A DNA stretch of 55,100 nt from an uncultured archaeon (GCA_964430885.1 CAYSHM010000020.1:1-55100), one strand, 5' to 3'. Positions 18,025 through 28,590 are shown, numbered from the stretch's first letter. The notes: generated from the letters alone by a model not told the origin. Translations and numbers: made by a program.

Positions 18025-19044
18025 ATGAATAAAAAAATGATAGTGCTCCAATGTGCATTGGCAGGATTACTCTTTTCGGTTTTGTTGCTGCCCATGGCCA
18101 GCGTTCCTAATTCCATTGACGTTGAGATCAATATAGATTGGCCAAAGGAGATGAGATACGACATATCCAATGTATCCAGTAGAGGAATATCTTACAACGG
18201 GACATTGGAGGTCACTTCTTCAGGCTTCTGGGATCGTTCGAGTTTTTTCCTCAGTCTGAGTGCAAATTCTGAAGGTTGGAATTGGAATATTCATCCAGAT
18301 AAAATTCTTTTCAGAGAAAATGAGAAGAGGGGCAATTTCACTCTGCACCTCAAACCTCCAAGGGATTATCCAGCCACTGATGTCAATAAACTGATGGTTC
18401 TCTGCGAGGTAACATCACTTCCCGGTTTGGCAACATATTTGTTTCGCTCCAATAGCCACCGTGCAGCTGTATCTCCATTCATTGATTATGAACTTGAGGA
18501 AATGGAAACAGAGGTCCATATTGAATCCGGCAGGACATACAGAGTAGAAGTAGGGGCCAGAAATGAAGGGAACATACCTATGGAAATGACCATTGATTTT
18601 TTTACAGACGAAAACTTGATAGTATCACAACCAAAAAGCGATGATTTGGAGCTTTCCCCCTTTTCTACTAGAAAAAAGGTATTTTTTATTTCAACCGATA
18701 TAGATAACATAGAACCTGAAAGAACGTATTTCTTAAATATCACATTGAACGGGTCGCCCCCTGTTTATCTATCATACGATTTCCATGAAATTCCTTCCAA
18801 TAATAAGGGGAATATAAATTATATCAATATGTCCATAATATCTTATAGATACTTGCCGGAAGGAGAATGGTCGTTAGGAACCAGTTACCATCCCCTGGAA
18901 GATATTGTTATCGACGAAGTAAATGAATTAGCAGTTCTGGAAACGGTGAAGTTCAGCAAATCCAACAACTGGGGTATGGAGATATTAATTATAATATTGG
19001 TATTGCTTACACTGATAGTTTATTATCTAATGAAAAGAAAGTAA
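18025..19044 (+). CDS. Surface protein with two Ig-like domains and C-terminal TM anchor
   Basis: ATG 18025 follows AAGGAG (track start TTG 17965). Signal peptide, 'RNEGN' Ig motif, TM plus KRK at the C-terminus. Confidence 0.7.
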   Translation: MNKKMIVLQCALAGLLFSVLLLPMASVPNSIDVEINIDWPKEMRYDISNVSSRGISYNGTLEVTSSGFWDRSSFFLSLSANSEGWNWNIHPDKILFRENEKRGNFTLHLKPPRDYPATDVNKLMVLCEVTSLPGLATYLFRSNSHRAAVSPFIDYELEEMETEVHIESGRTYRVEVGARNEGNIPMEMTIDFFTDENLIVSQPKSDDLELSPFSTRKKVFFISTDIDNIEPERTYFLNITLNGSPPVYLSYDFHEIPSNNKGNINYINMSIISYRYLPEGEWSLGTSYHPLEDIVIDEVNELAVLETVKFSKSNNWGMEILIIILVLLTLIVYYLMKRK

Positions 19045-19260
19045 GTCCTCACTAAGATTGATTTTTCACTTACATAAATTCGAATCATACTTTTTCCTAA
19101 TACCAAAACTCCACAGAGCCAATTTTTTCCGTGTGAGATCAGATAGTTTGAAAAAACAAAAATTTAAAAGAATGAAGCAGAATGAAAAGGTTAGTTTGTC
19201 ATTTCATTCTGCTTGTTCAGTATCCGCATATCGGTTTATAAATGGCGAACGACTGGAATT

Positions 19261-22200
19261 TCAATTAATAATCGGATCGATGAGCTTCTTCATCTCTGCC
19301 AGCATTTTTCTATCTTCAGCAGAGGTTGTAGTATCATCGCCCTTTTCCAGCAGCCAATTTATCTTTTGTATTGTAATTGCATATGCGGTATCCTTGGCAA
19401 ATATCCCCTTGTCAACAAGGTTCTTGTAGAGGGTATGTATCTTGTAGGTATTCTGTACAAATACATCATAGTCAGCTTCATCCACTGGCTCATATAGCTT
19501 CAGGGCGCCTGATACCAGCATGGTGTAGTCCTGCAGTGCCTGTACGATGGGCTTTGTGGCCTTTTTCAGCGACAGTTCTGTGGCTCTATCTCCCTCTTTA
19601 AGTGCTCCTTTCAAAGCACTTTTTGCCCAGTCGTAGGCAGCCTGTGCATCTTCCTTCAGCGGTGCGGCTTCCTGTGAGCTCAGAACACCCTGCTCAACTA
19701 GAAGACCTAAGGCAGTACCCATCTTTGCCATCTTATCCTTCTGCATCCAGTCACCAAGGGTTTTTACGGATATTCCGCTGTCTTCAATTCCCTTGACTCC
19801 GATCTTTGTCTTCTCGTATACATCAGGTGTAACACTGGCAGATGTGATACCCGCCACAGCGCACAATGCAGCGATGAAGGGACTGTTGGATACTCCCATT
19901 CCGCAGAATCCCACTTCCTTGCCCTGCCTAATAGCTTCAAAGATGATGGCCAGCATCTGCTGGACCACTGACGGGTCCTCTTCATCATACACTTCCTGAA
20001 GCTTTGCCAGATCCCTATCGGTCATCAATACACCCTGGGTCAGGTCGTTGCTTCCGATGGAGAATCCGTCGATATCTCTCAAGAAAGACCTTGGATTCTG
20101 ACCTACTGACGGGATCTCCGCCATGACAAACAGTTTCAGACCCTTATCTCCTCTCTCGATACCGTTTGCCTGGAGGCTGGCGGTTGTTTCAATGAGCTCC
20201 TGTTCGGTTCTAACGAAGGGAAGCATGATATGAAGGTTGATGGCGTTATACTGGTCCCGGGCCTTCCTGAAAGCCTCGGCTTCCCAGACATCTATCCCTC
20301 TGGAAACCCCTCTGAAACCCAGCATGGGATTGTCCTCATCCGGTTCAAAGAGAATTCCTCCCAGGAGACCTTGATATTCGTTGGATTTATAATCCGTAGT
20401 CCTGTATATGATATCCTTGCCGTCAAAAGCTTTGGCAAACAAAGCGATCTGCTGGGACAGCATTTCCGTGTAGAACTCATAACCGCTGGAATAACCTGCA
20501 ACCAGAAGTCTTGTTTCGATCTCGGTCTTTGTTCTCTCCAGTACCTTAACCAGTTTATCGCCGTTATTGGCTCCGCCGGTTGCATACATGGACATCAAGA
20601 GACGCTCACCTTCTGTGACGTCTACCTTTTTCTTCTCTGAAAGGGTCTTCATAACACTCTTGATCTCATCGGTTCTGATAAGTTCAAGAAGCTGATTGAA
20701 TATACCTGCATCATATGCCTTGAGGGCCTGATAATGAACGCCAATGGCGCCGAGAACGAACTCTGCCCGTAGCAATCCTACCTTGAAATCGGGTATATTC
20801 TTCAGCTGGCTCAGCTTTTTAGCGGCATTTACATCTGCCAATATCAGGCCGACTGAAGTATTTGTGGGATACTCATTTCTGATCTTGTTGGTATCGATAT
20901 CCTTGCCCTTTTCCTCCAGGGTTACCCTGCCTTTAATCAGATGTCCGTTGGAGCCATCTACTGTAATTATCTGTCCATCCAGGGATTTCAATAATTCGAT
21001 ATCTCCTACACCAATAACCGCAGGGATGTTCAGTTCCCTTGAGGTGATGGCAGCGTGGGAGGTTCTTCCACCGACATTGGCCACTATAGCTCCTGCAATG
21101 TTCATCAAGGGGAGGAAATCAGGGTCGGTTCTTTCCGCTACTAATATGTCTCCCTTCTTGAAATTGATAAATGCTTCCTTGTTGATCTCACGTATGAATT
21201 TCACATCACCTGTAGCGGCCCCGGCCGACGCACCGTCTGCAGTTTTCATGATGAGTCCTTCTTTAACTGCATGTTTCATAGCAGCGTCCGTTACCTCTTT
21301 CTTTCTCATGGGAATGATGCCCGGGTGTAATTCCATCACCTCATTCCAGTTGGTCTCAGGTCTTGCCTGGACCATGTATATTCCTGAATGATCGATAGCA
21401 AATTCTATATCCATATATTTTCCATATCTGTTGTGAATGATAACTGCCATTCTAAGGATCTCATCCTCTTCCTCCTTGGAAAGTACCCAGGAGGTTCTCT
21501 CTTTCAGGGAGGTCTCGGTTTCGTGGGAACCTATTCCATCCTCGTTCCTGATTATTTTGATTTCCTTTGCACCAAGGGTCCTAACTCTCAGTTTTCCGTC
21601 AAATCCTCTCAGGATATTGTCAGGAGTTGTAAGACCCCCAACCACCGATTCCCCTATCCCGTAATTTACGTCGATCTGTACGACACCATCCATACCTGTA
21701 TTCGTTTCTACAGTGAAAACGGTACCTGCCTTCTCGGAATGGACCATTCTATGGATTACCACACTGACAGCTATATTGTCGAAATCAAAAGACCTGAGGG
21801 CCCTCTCTCTTGTGGCCACCTCGTCAAATTCCTTTCCTGCTTTTTCAGCCTTAAACCTGGCCTTCTCAATTGCCTTGTTTATCTGGCTGATTCTGTACTC
21901 AAGGGATCTAACGTTGAATCCGGATGCAAAATCTCTCTGAACATGTTCAATAACATTTTCAGCACCATATATGTAAACATAGGTATCCTGTGCACCGGCA
22001 AAGGCCGCGTCATCACTGTCCTCTCCAACAGCAGAACTTCTTACCGCGACCTCAACATCTTCGATATTGGACCGATCACAGATATCCTTGTATCCGGCTG
22101 CAATATCTTTCTTGATCTTCTCGTCCATTTCAACTGAGATTATTGCGATCTGAGCAGCTATTGATAGACTTATCTTTGCATCATACAGCACAGCCTCATC

Positions 22201-22617
22201 ATTTCCTTTTTCGGCCAATATTTTCTTGGTCTCAGCGATCTTTTTGTTGATGAACTGCCTAATGGTTATGGCATTCATTTCCGGAACACCTTTGGAATGT
22301 ACCTCTCGGCATTCCCTGCCCTTCTTGAAAACAAATTTGGGCTGTGATAGGTCCTGCCCTCCATATTCCGCAATTGCGTCCTTCACAAATTGATCAAGGT
22401 AAACCGAATCAACGATCGCATTATCGAGATGTTTATTATAAGCGGCGGCCGATACTGCACAGAATGCAGCGGTATTTACGCCTTCCAGGTTCTCCAGAAT
22501 GGCCAAATTATAATTCTTGCCACCAACCAGCTCAAGTCCTTTTCTTCCCAGCTGTTCTATTTCCGAGCCGGAAAGGACATTTTTTTGTATTATCTCATTT
22601 TCTTCCATGGTTTTCAC
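19261..22617 (-). CDS. ppsA: Phosphoenolpyruvate synthase (pyruvate, water dikinase), unusually long
   Basis: VGGK, AVRSSAVGED..FAGAQDT, QARPET, GGRTSHAAI (phospho-His), VGLLRAEF, EDNPMLGFRG, DGFSIGSNDLTQ, GFCG. Confidence 0.95.
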   Translation of the reverse strand: MKTMEENEIIQKNVLSGSEIEQLGRKGLELVGGKNYNLAILENLEGVNTAAFCAVSAAAYNKHLDNAIVDSVYLDQFVKDAIAEYGGQDLSQPKFVFKKGRECREVHSKGVPEMNAITIRQFINKKIAETKKILAEKGNDEAVLYDAKISLSIAAQIAIISVEMDEKIKKDIAAGYKDICDRSNIEDVEVAVRSSAVGEDSDDAAFAGAQDTYVYIYGAENVIEHVQRDFASGFNVRSLEYRISQINKAIEKARFKAEKAGKEFDEVATRERALRSFDFDNIAVSVVIHRMVHSEKAGTVFTVETNTGMDGVVQIDVNYGIGESVVGGLTTPDNILRGFDGKLRVRTLGAKEIKIIRNEDGIGSHETETSLKERTSWVLSKEEEDEILRMAVIIHNRYGKYMDIEFAIDHSGIYMVQARPETNWNEVMELHPGIIPMRKKEVTDAAMKHAVKEGLIMKTADGASAGAATGDVKFIREINKEAFINFKKGDILVAERTDPDFLPLMNIAGAIVANVGGRTSHAAITSRELNIPAVIGVGDIELLKSLDGQIITVDGSNGHLIKGRVTLEEKGKDIDTNKIRNEYPTNTSVGLILADVNAAKKLSQLKNIPDFKVGLLRAEFVLGAIGVHYQALKAYDAGIFNQLLELIRTDEIKSVMKTLSEKKKVDVTEGERLLMSMYATGGANNGDKLVKVLERTKTEIETRLLVAGYSSGYEFYTEMLSQQIALFAKAFDGKDIIYRTTDYKSNEYQGLLGGILFEPDEDNPMLGFRGVSRGIDVWEAEAFRKARDQYNAINLHIMLPFVRTEQELIETTASLQANGIERGDKGLKLFVMAEIPSVGQNPRSFLRDIDGFSIGSNDLTQGVLMTDRDLAKLQEVYDEEDPSVVQQMLAIIFEAIRQGKEVGFCGMGVSNSPFIAALCAVAGITSASVTPDVYEKTKIGVKGIEDSGISVKTLGDWMQKDKMAKMGTALGLLVEQGVLSSQEAAPLKEDAQAAYDWAKSALKGALKEGDRATELSLKKATKPIVQALQDYTMLVSGALKLYEPVDEADYDVFVQNTYKIHTLYKNLVDKGIFAKDTAYAITIQKINWLLEKGDDTTTSAEDRKMLAEMKKLIDPIIN

Positions 22618-22964
22618 ATCTATTTTTTTATATTGACTGAAAAATTTTGAATGGTTACTCTAGGAGTTACTATAAAAAATTTGGTGGAATGTTGGTTGTT
22701 TTTGATAGTGTGCCGAGTGATTTAAACTGGATTTTCAACAAGTTCTAGAAGCCTGCTGAACTACCTGTCGACAGACATTTTCCTGGTGGTATTTGAGGTT
22801 ACTGAAGAATTAATATTCGAGAGCTACGGGAAGGATTTGTTTCCAGTCAGTCTATTTGGTCCGTTACTATCTATTATTATTGAGTGGAATTATCAACAAA
22901 ACCTTAAAATCCTATTCAATAGATGTTTATTCAAGTGTATTTCATAATCAAAAGGTGATGAATA

Positions 22965-23264
22965 ATGCTGGAATTATATGATTCAAAGTTCATAATTACA
23001 ACCGATGACGGAAAGATGATCAATTGCTATTCCAATTTTGAGGATGCACTTGTGGATGCTAAGGATGTTGTTAAGAATCAGAATATTGAACATGTGTTCA
23101 TTTACGAGCAATTAAAGAAAGTTACTTTAGGTAAGGAATTCCTACAGAAGATCTACCAATTGAAGGAAAAGGTAGTTGAGGAAACGCCTGTACCTGAAGA
23201 AAAAGAAGAAAAACCCGATAAAGCAACCGATGATGAGCTGGTTGACCTGCTTGAAGAGGAATAG
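22965..23264 (+). CDS. Small acidic hypothetical protein
   Basis: 99-aa ORF with a strong AAGGTGA RBS and an upstream AAACCTTAAAAT promoter-like element. Confidence 0.7.
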   Translation: MLELYDSKFIITTDDGKMINCYSNFEDALVDAKDVVKNQNIEHVFIYEQLKKVTLGKEFLQKIYQLKEKVVEETPVPEEKEEKPDKATDDELVDLLEEE

Positions 23265-23329
23265 GCCGATGAATTTCACTAGTATCAAATTCCATCTACA
23301 TCTGTTTCGATCTCTAAGCAGAATAGGTA

Positions 23330-24139
23330 TTACAAAATAAAGTTTTTTATGCTTTCAAGATTGATAAAGGCGGCCCAAAGTTGGTCATATTTCTCCACCT
23401 TCTCAACCCATGTGGATAAGAGGAATATGTCCACTATCAAAAGAACGATTAAGAAGATGATTATTGATTTTACCACTGGGCCTTTGAATCTTTTTTCTGA
23501 GGATTCATAGTTTTCCTTTTTTAGAGAGAAGCATGTGTTGAGAACAATATAATAGAACAAAGCCAGGCTTGCTCCGATGAAGTTCCAGTTAATATCCTGC
23601 ATGGTGTTGCTGTATCCGCCTTGGTCCAAAGTGCCGAAGAATAGGGAGAAGCTGTATTCTCTGACCTCGCTCAGTGCACCCAATCCGGCGGCCATCACTG
23701 TAACGATAGTGAAGACAAGAACGGGGTGAATATCCACTTTCTTTTTCTTATGCAGGTACTCATAGGCATAGAACATGAAGAGCACAAATATTATATGTGC
23801 CAGACCGTGGGTAAGATGGTCCCACCATTCTATGGAATGGTACCAATCCATCATTCCGCCCAAATAATGCAGTATCCAGGCTGCTACAGCAATAAGGGAC
23901 GGCACTACAGGCATTGTCCATTTACGGGTTACGAATATGGCAATAAGTGCAAAGAAGATTCCCTCAAGGAAATATTCACTCCAGACACCCGCATCGAAAT
24001 CACGCACCTCGCCGTCGATGATTCTGTGATAGGTTTTGCTTTGAAAGTAGAACTCGATGACTGCATATCCGATAATAAGCAATATCATGTATACAAATAG
24101 GACCCTATGGACAATTTTTCTGTTCTTATCGACCCACAC
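23330..24139 (-). CDS. DUF2238/YjdF-like integral membrane protein
   Basis: About 7 TM helices. LHYLG, WWDHLTH, GALSEVREY and DQGGYSNTMQD..N..GA motifs. GTG start follows AAGGTGA. Confidence 0.65.
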   Translation of the reverse strand: MWVDKNRKIVHRVLFVYMILLIIGYAVIEFYFQSKTYHRIIDGEVRDFDAGVWSEYFLEGIFFALIAIFVTRKWTMPVVPSLIAVAAWILHYLGGMMDWYHSIEWWDHLTHGLAHIIFVLFMFYAYEYLHKKKKVDIHPVLVFTIVTVMAAGLGALSEVREYSFSLFFGTLDQGGYSNTMQDINWNFIGASLALFYYIVLNTCFSLKKENYESSEKRFKGPVVKSIIIFLIVLLIVDIFLLSTWVEKVEKYDQLWAAFINLESIKNFIL

Positions 24140-24195
24140 AATGGTTCACCTTTTCTTTATATTCTGATTCCGCCTATGGTCGGATTCGGGTCATC

Positions 24196-27100
24196 TCATT
24201 CCCTTTTCATTATACCAATCTTGAATTCGGTACCCGCAATTGTCCAATCTTTCTGGAAGTAATCCTCTTTGGGAAGGTCGTATGCCAGTGATTTTGACCG
24301 CGTATTATAGCTGATGTCCTCCAGTTCCCTTTTCAGGAGTGAAAATATTTCATCATCAACATGGATCGTGGTCACGATGTAATCCTCAACTTCCAATCCT
24401 AGTTCCTTTCTCATTTCCTGGATTCTCCGAATTGTCTCTCTGGCATATCCCTTTGCCTTCAACTCGTTGTTCATCTCTGTATCAATATAGATTATACCAT
24501 CGCAGTAGTCAGTTGCAATTATATCCTCGGGTATTTCCTGGCTGAAGCGGACCATTTTCTTGTTTATTGATACCGTTTCACCTTCGATATCAAGGGTCAT
24601 ACCCCCTTTCTCCAGACCTTCCATGGCCTCATCAGGGTTCAGTTCCCCTATCAGTGAAGCCGCCATTGTTGCTTTGCCCTTGAAAACGGGGCCCAGAGCA
24701 GACATGACCGGTTCGATAGTTGTTCTAACGTTGCCCCATTTCTCTCCAGGCTTGATCAGCTCGATATCAACCGTGTTGATCTGTTCCCTGAATATGTCGT
24801 TGTACAATTCCAGGGCTTTCTGGGAATCCCTTGAGTTAGAAACCAGAACCACCTTCTTTAGGGGCCATCTGAGGCTCAACTGCGCTCTGTTCCTTGCATT
24901 TAGGACTGCCTCGATCATTGACCGAAGGGTTTTCATAGACTCCTCATGGTCAGGGAATATGCGCTCCTTGTGTACAGTGGCAGTGTCCTCCATGGAAATG
25001 GTGATCTCCTTGCCGTACAGGTTCTGGTAAATGCTCTCTGATATATGCGGGGTGAAGGGAGCCAGTATAACGGCGGTTTCCAGAAGTGAATCGTACAGGG
25101 TCCTGAAAGCTGCCATCTTGTCCCTGTTCTCCCCCTCGATCCAGGTCCTGTCCTTGATGATCCTGACATACCAGCGGGATAGGTCTTCAAGTATGAAATG
25201 TTCGATGGCTCTCAATGATTTATGTATGTTGAATCGGTCCAGTTCCTCATAGGCTGTCTTCTTCATCCCTTCAAGACGCGAATAGAGCCATTTATCCTCC
25301 ACCTTAAGGTCCTCCTTGAGGGCCTCATAACTCCATTTCTCCGCATCGAAGTTGTCAAGAGCCATATAGGTGGATGAGAATTTGTATATGTTCCAGAGAA
25401 TATTCAGGGTTCGACTGGCATTTTTAACCTCGTCCCAGTTGAAGGGCAGGTCTTCCCAGGGAGAATTGGCGATCAGTAAGTAGAATCTCAGTGAATCAAC
25501 GCCGAATTTCTTAATTATCTCAAGGGGCGCTACAGCATTCCCCTCAGATTTGGACATCTTTCTTGAGTTATTATCTAGGGCGAATCCGTGCATCAGAACG
25601 CGTTTGTAAGGTATCTTGTCGAGAGCTATAACCCCCGCCCCCAGCTGTGAATAGAACCAGCCCCGGGTCTGATCGTGTGCTTCAGTGATCCATTCACAGG
25701 GCCACCATTTTTCGAATTCTGCGGTCTCCTGAGGGTATTTCAATTGGGCCCATGAACAAACTGCTGAATCAAACCAAACATCCAGAACATCCGGCACCCT
25801 TTTCATGTTTCCCCGACATTTAGTGCATTCAAAGGTGATCTCGTCTATCCAGGGTCTGTGAAGGTCCATGTCCCTGCTGAAATACTTTCCATCTTTTAGG
25901 TCATTCTGGGAACCCACGACCCTTTTCTCACCGCATTCACATTTCCAAATGGGTATTGGTATCCCCCAGTATCTCTGACGTGATATGCACCAATCCCTGG
26001 TATTCTCCACCCAGTTGTACTGTCTGGTCCTTCCTGCCCAATCGGGGTACCATTCTGTTTTTAGAATCTCGTCGAGCATCTTTTCCTTCAGGTCGGTAAC
26101 CTTCAGGAACCACTGTTTTGTTGTCCTGTAGGTAATAGGCGTCTTGCACCTCCAGCAGTGTCCGTATCGGTGAGTTATGTCCTCTTCCCGTATCAGCAGA
26201 CCTTTGTCAATTAATAGATCTATTATTTCCCGGTCGCAATCCTTGGTGAACCTGCCCTCCCATTTTCCTCCGTCCCTCGTGAATTTTCCCTCCTCGTCAA
26301 CGGGGCAGAAGGGCGGAAGCTGGTATTCAACACCAGTTTCAAAATCATCAGGCCCGTGTCCAGGAGCAGTGTGAACTATACCAGTCTTCTCTTTGGTAAC
26401 ATACTCCGCCAGGACGGCTTTATGCAGCCAGAACAGCTCTTTCTGTTCGTCGGCAGTGTGCCATGGCACTTCCTCCAAGAGCGGATGTTCATATTCAATC
26501 CCCTCCAGATCGATGCCCTCGAACCTCTCAATTATCTTCATATCCTGGTAGCATCCGGCCCTGGCAACTTCCTCGGCCAGTTCCTCTGCTATATACAGAT
26601 ATTCCTTTTCCCCGTCCTTATCCACTTCCAGCATCACATATGAGAAATCAGGGTGTAGGGCTACACAAAGATCAGCAGGCAGTGTCCAGGGGGTGGTTGT
26701 CCAGATCACAATATAATGGTTGTCCCTGTTCTTGAGTTTGAATTTCACATATATGCTTGGGTCGGTCTCATCCCAGTATTCCACCTCGGCCTCTGCCAAT
26801 GCGGTCTGGCATCTGGGGCACCATGTCAAAACACGCTGGGATTGGGTGACCAGCCCTCTTTCATAAGCCCTTTTCATTGTCCACCAGGCGGATTCTATAT
26901 AGTAGTTCTCCAGGGTTCTATAGGGGTTGTCCCAATCAAGCCACACCCCCAATTCCTTGAATTGACCGGTCATCCTCTTTTCGGATTCTAGAGCGAATTT
27001 CTTGCAGGTATTAACGAAGTTATCAATTCCGAATTTTTCTATATCCTGTTTATTCTTGAAATCTAGGGTCTTCTCCACCTTGACCTCTATGGGAAGCCCG

Positions 27101-27363
27101 TGCATATCATATCCGGCCTGGTCCCTGATATTGTATCCTTTCATCCGCCAATATCGTATATATAGGTCTTTCAGGATCTTGTTCCAGGCAGTCCCTAGGT
27201 GGATGTTTCCGCTGGTATAGGGGGGGCCGTCAATAAAATAGAAATCCTTTCCGCTGCTGTTCTTATCTTTGGTTTTCTGGTAGGAATTGGTCTTATTCCA
27301 ATAATCCTGAATGTTCTTCTCCATGGTGTTTGGTCTATATTCCGTAGTAACCTGTTCTACCAT
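24196..27363 (-). CDS. ileS: Isoleucyl-tRNA synthetase (archaeal/eukaryotic type)
   Basis: DGPPYTSGNIHLGT, WTTTPWTLP, GIVHTAPGHG, DWCISRQRYWG, DQTRGWF, KMSKS. ATG 27363 follows GGTGAGG (track start 27387). Confidence 0.97.
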   Translation of the reverse strand: MVEQVTTEYRPNTMEKNIQDYWNKTNSYQKTKDKNSSGKDFYFIDGPPYTSGNIHLGTAWNKILKDLYIRYWRMKGYNIRDQAGYDMHGLPIEVKVEKTLDFKNKQDIEKFGIDNFVNTCKKFALESEKRMTGQFKELGVWLDWDNPYRTLENYYIESAWWTMKRAYERGLVTQSQRVLTWCPRCQTALAEAEVEYWDETDPSIYVKFKLKNRDNHYIVIWTTTPWTLPADLCVALHPDFSYVMLEVDKDGEKEYLYIAEELAEEVARAGCYQDMKIIERFEGIDLEGIEYEHPLLEEVPWHTADEQKELFWLHKAVLAEYVTKEKTGIVHTAPGHGPDDFETGVEYQLPPFCPVDEEGKFTRDGGKWEGRFTKDCDREIIDLLIDKGLLIREEDITHRYGHCWRCKTPITYRTTKQWFLKVTDLKEKMLDEILKTEWYPDWAGRTRQYNWVENTRDWCISRQRYWGIPIPIWKCECGEKRVVGSQNDLKDGKYFSRDMDLHRPWIDEITFECTKCRGNMKRVPDVLDVWFDSAVCSWAQLKYPQETAEFEKWWPCEWITEAHDQTRGWFYSQLGAGVIALDKIPYKRVLMHGFALDNNSRKMSKSEGNAVAPLEIIKKFGVDSLRFYLLIANSPWEDLPFNWDEVKNASRTLNILWNIYKFSSTYMALDNFDAEKWSYEALKEDLKVEDKWLYSRLEGMKKTAYEELDRFNIHKSLRAIEHFILEDLSRWYVRIIKDRTWIEGENRDKMAAFRTLYDSLLETAVILAPFTPHISESIYQNLYGKEITISMEDTATVHKERIFPDHEESMKTLRSMIEAVLNARNRAQLSLRWPLKKVVLVSNSRDSQKALELYNDIFREQINTVDIELIKPGEKWGNVRTTIEPVMSALGPVFKGKATMAASLIGELNPDEAMEGLEKGGMTLDIEGETVSINKKMVRFSQEIPEDIIATDYCDGIIYIDTEMNNELKAKGYARETIRRIQEMRKELGLEVEDYIVTTIHVDDEIFSLLKRELEDISYNTRSKSLAYDLPKEDYFQKDWTIAGTEFKIGIMKRE

Positions 27364-27646
27364 AATTCTCGCCTCACCAAGACCCATATCAATATGTGGT
27401 TCTGAAATGTAAAGTGGTGAAATTGTGGAACATTATTCAACTGAATAATATAGCAATTCCGATTTTCCTTTCTAAATGTACTTCTCCCATTAAAAATTGG
27501 TCATGAATAAAATCATTTTGGTAATTTTTGGTAACCTGAACAATATAAGATTTTTTCGGGATGCTGACAAGGGATTTATATTAGTAGAAAAAGCTGCAGG
27601 CTGAATGGGCCAGAATAATTTTTTAACAGAATTTAAAATTAATAGG

Positions 27647-27731
27647 CGCTGAGGGAGGGATTCGAACCCCCGAGGCGCGATGCACCACCGGCTCTCAAGG
27701 CCGGCGCCGTTCCTGGCTTAGCTACCTCAGC
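27647..27731 (-). tRNA. tRNA-Ser(TGA), intronless, CCA not encoded
   Basis: GCTGAGG...CCTCAGC acceptor stem with G discriminator, anticodon arm CCGGC-CTTGAGA-GCCGG, long variable arm, T-loop GGTTCGAATCC. Confidence 0.96.
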
Positions 27732-27915
27732 CTATGTTGTGATTCTAGGTATGTATATACTGACTGGGCGAAGTTGTTACTGGAAGATAACAAATCATAT
27801 CTGCGGGAAACCTATAAGCGACACCCTTTTACAATTCACTGGTGAAGTATGTAAGTTATATAATTGCTTTGTGATTACAGTAAGGAGGATAGGAAGTTGA
27901 ATCGAGAAATCTATG

Positions 27916-28545
27916 CTATTCTGATGATATTTTTCTGCCTGTTAACTCCGCAATTCTTTTCATTATTCGGAGTGTAACTTTCTTGTTGATTTCTTTATTA
28001 TCCTCTGACCCGAAATCTTTGTTGAATGACATTGCTTTTCCGAATTTGATAACGGCCTTTTTCGGTCGTGGCAATTTTTTGTTCTCCGGCATGATCTTAT
28101 CACTGTTGATTATACCCGCAGGTATCACTGGCACTCTGGCCCCTAATGCCAATCTTGCAACACCAGTATGTCCTTTACCCAATTCAGGACCCATAAAAAA
28201 GGTCCCTTCGGGAAATATCACGACACATTTCCCTTCCTTCAGGGCTTCAAGGGCGTTCTTCAAGGCCTTGGAATCACCTTTTCCCCTCTCTATCTTTATG
28301 TTTCCAGTGGATGTGAAGAACCATTTTTTGATATGGGTATTGAATAATTCTGCCTTGGCGAGGTAATAGAGGCTTCTCCTTGTAGAATAGGAAAGCAGAA
28401 GCGGGTCCCAGTTGCTGGTATGATTGGGTGCAATAATAACGCCGCCCTTTTTTGGGATGTTTTCTTTTCCCTTTATCTTCGGCCTATTCCAGAATGAAAT
28501 AAATAGAACATCAAGGGCCCGGATGATTCGATAAAGGATGGTCAT
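27916..28545 (-). CDS. plsC: Lysophospholipid / 1-acyl-glycerol-phosphate acyltransferase family protein (PlsC-like)
   Basis: All four AGPAT blocks are present: NHTSNWD (28405-28425), LAKAELF..IERG, IFPEGT, VPVIP. Confidence 0.88.
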   Translation of the reverse strand: MTILYRIIRALDVLFISFWNRPKIKGKENIPKKGGVIIAPNHTSNWDPLLLSYSTRRSLYYLAKAELFNTHIKKWFFTSTGNIKIERGKGDSKALKNALEALKEGKCVVIFPEGTFFMGPELGKGHTGVARLALGARVPVIPAGIINSDKIMPENKKLPRPKKAVIKFGKAMSFNKDFGSEDNKEINKKVTLRIMKRIAELTGRKISSE

Positions 28546-28590
28546 GAATCCACCGCTGCTTTTATTTATGAATGTATTATGTAATCCAAC

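Noticed and set aside
19058-19429. 123-aa plus-strand ORF
   Set aside because: It overlaps the ppsA 3' end in antisense and spans a likely convergent terminator region.
19261-22617. Intein as the cause of the long ppsA
   Set aside because: No C/S...HN-C/S/T splice junctions or LAGLIDADG motifs, and the extra length is spread over several helical inserts.
24165-24186. Imperfect hairpin between ileS and the downstream membrane gene
   Set aside because: Short, mismatched stem; not distinguishable from chance.
27190-27201. IleRS HIGH motif reading HLGT as a sign of inactivation
   Set aside because: This variant is normal in archaeal IleRS, and all other motifs are intact.
27400-27731. tRNA-Ser as the attachment site of an integrated element
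   Set aside because: No integrase, no duplicated tRNA 3' end noticed, and the flanks are housekeeping genes.
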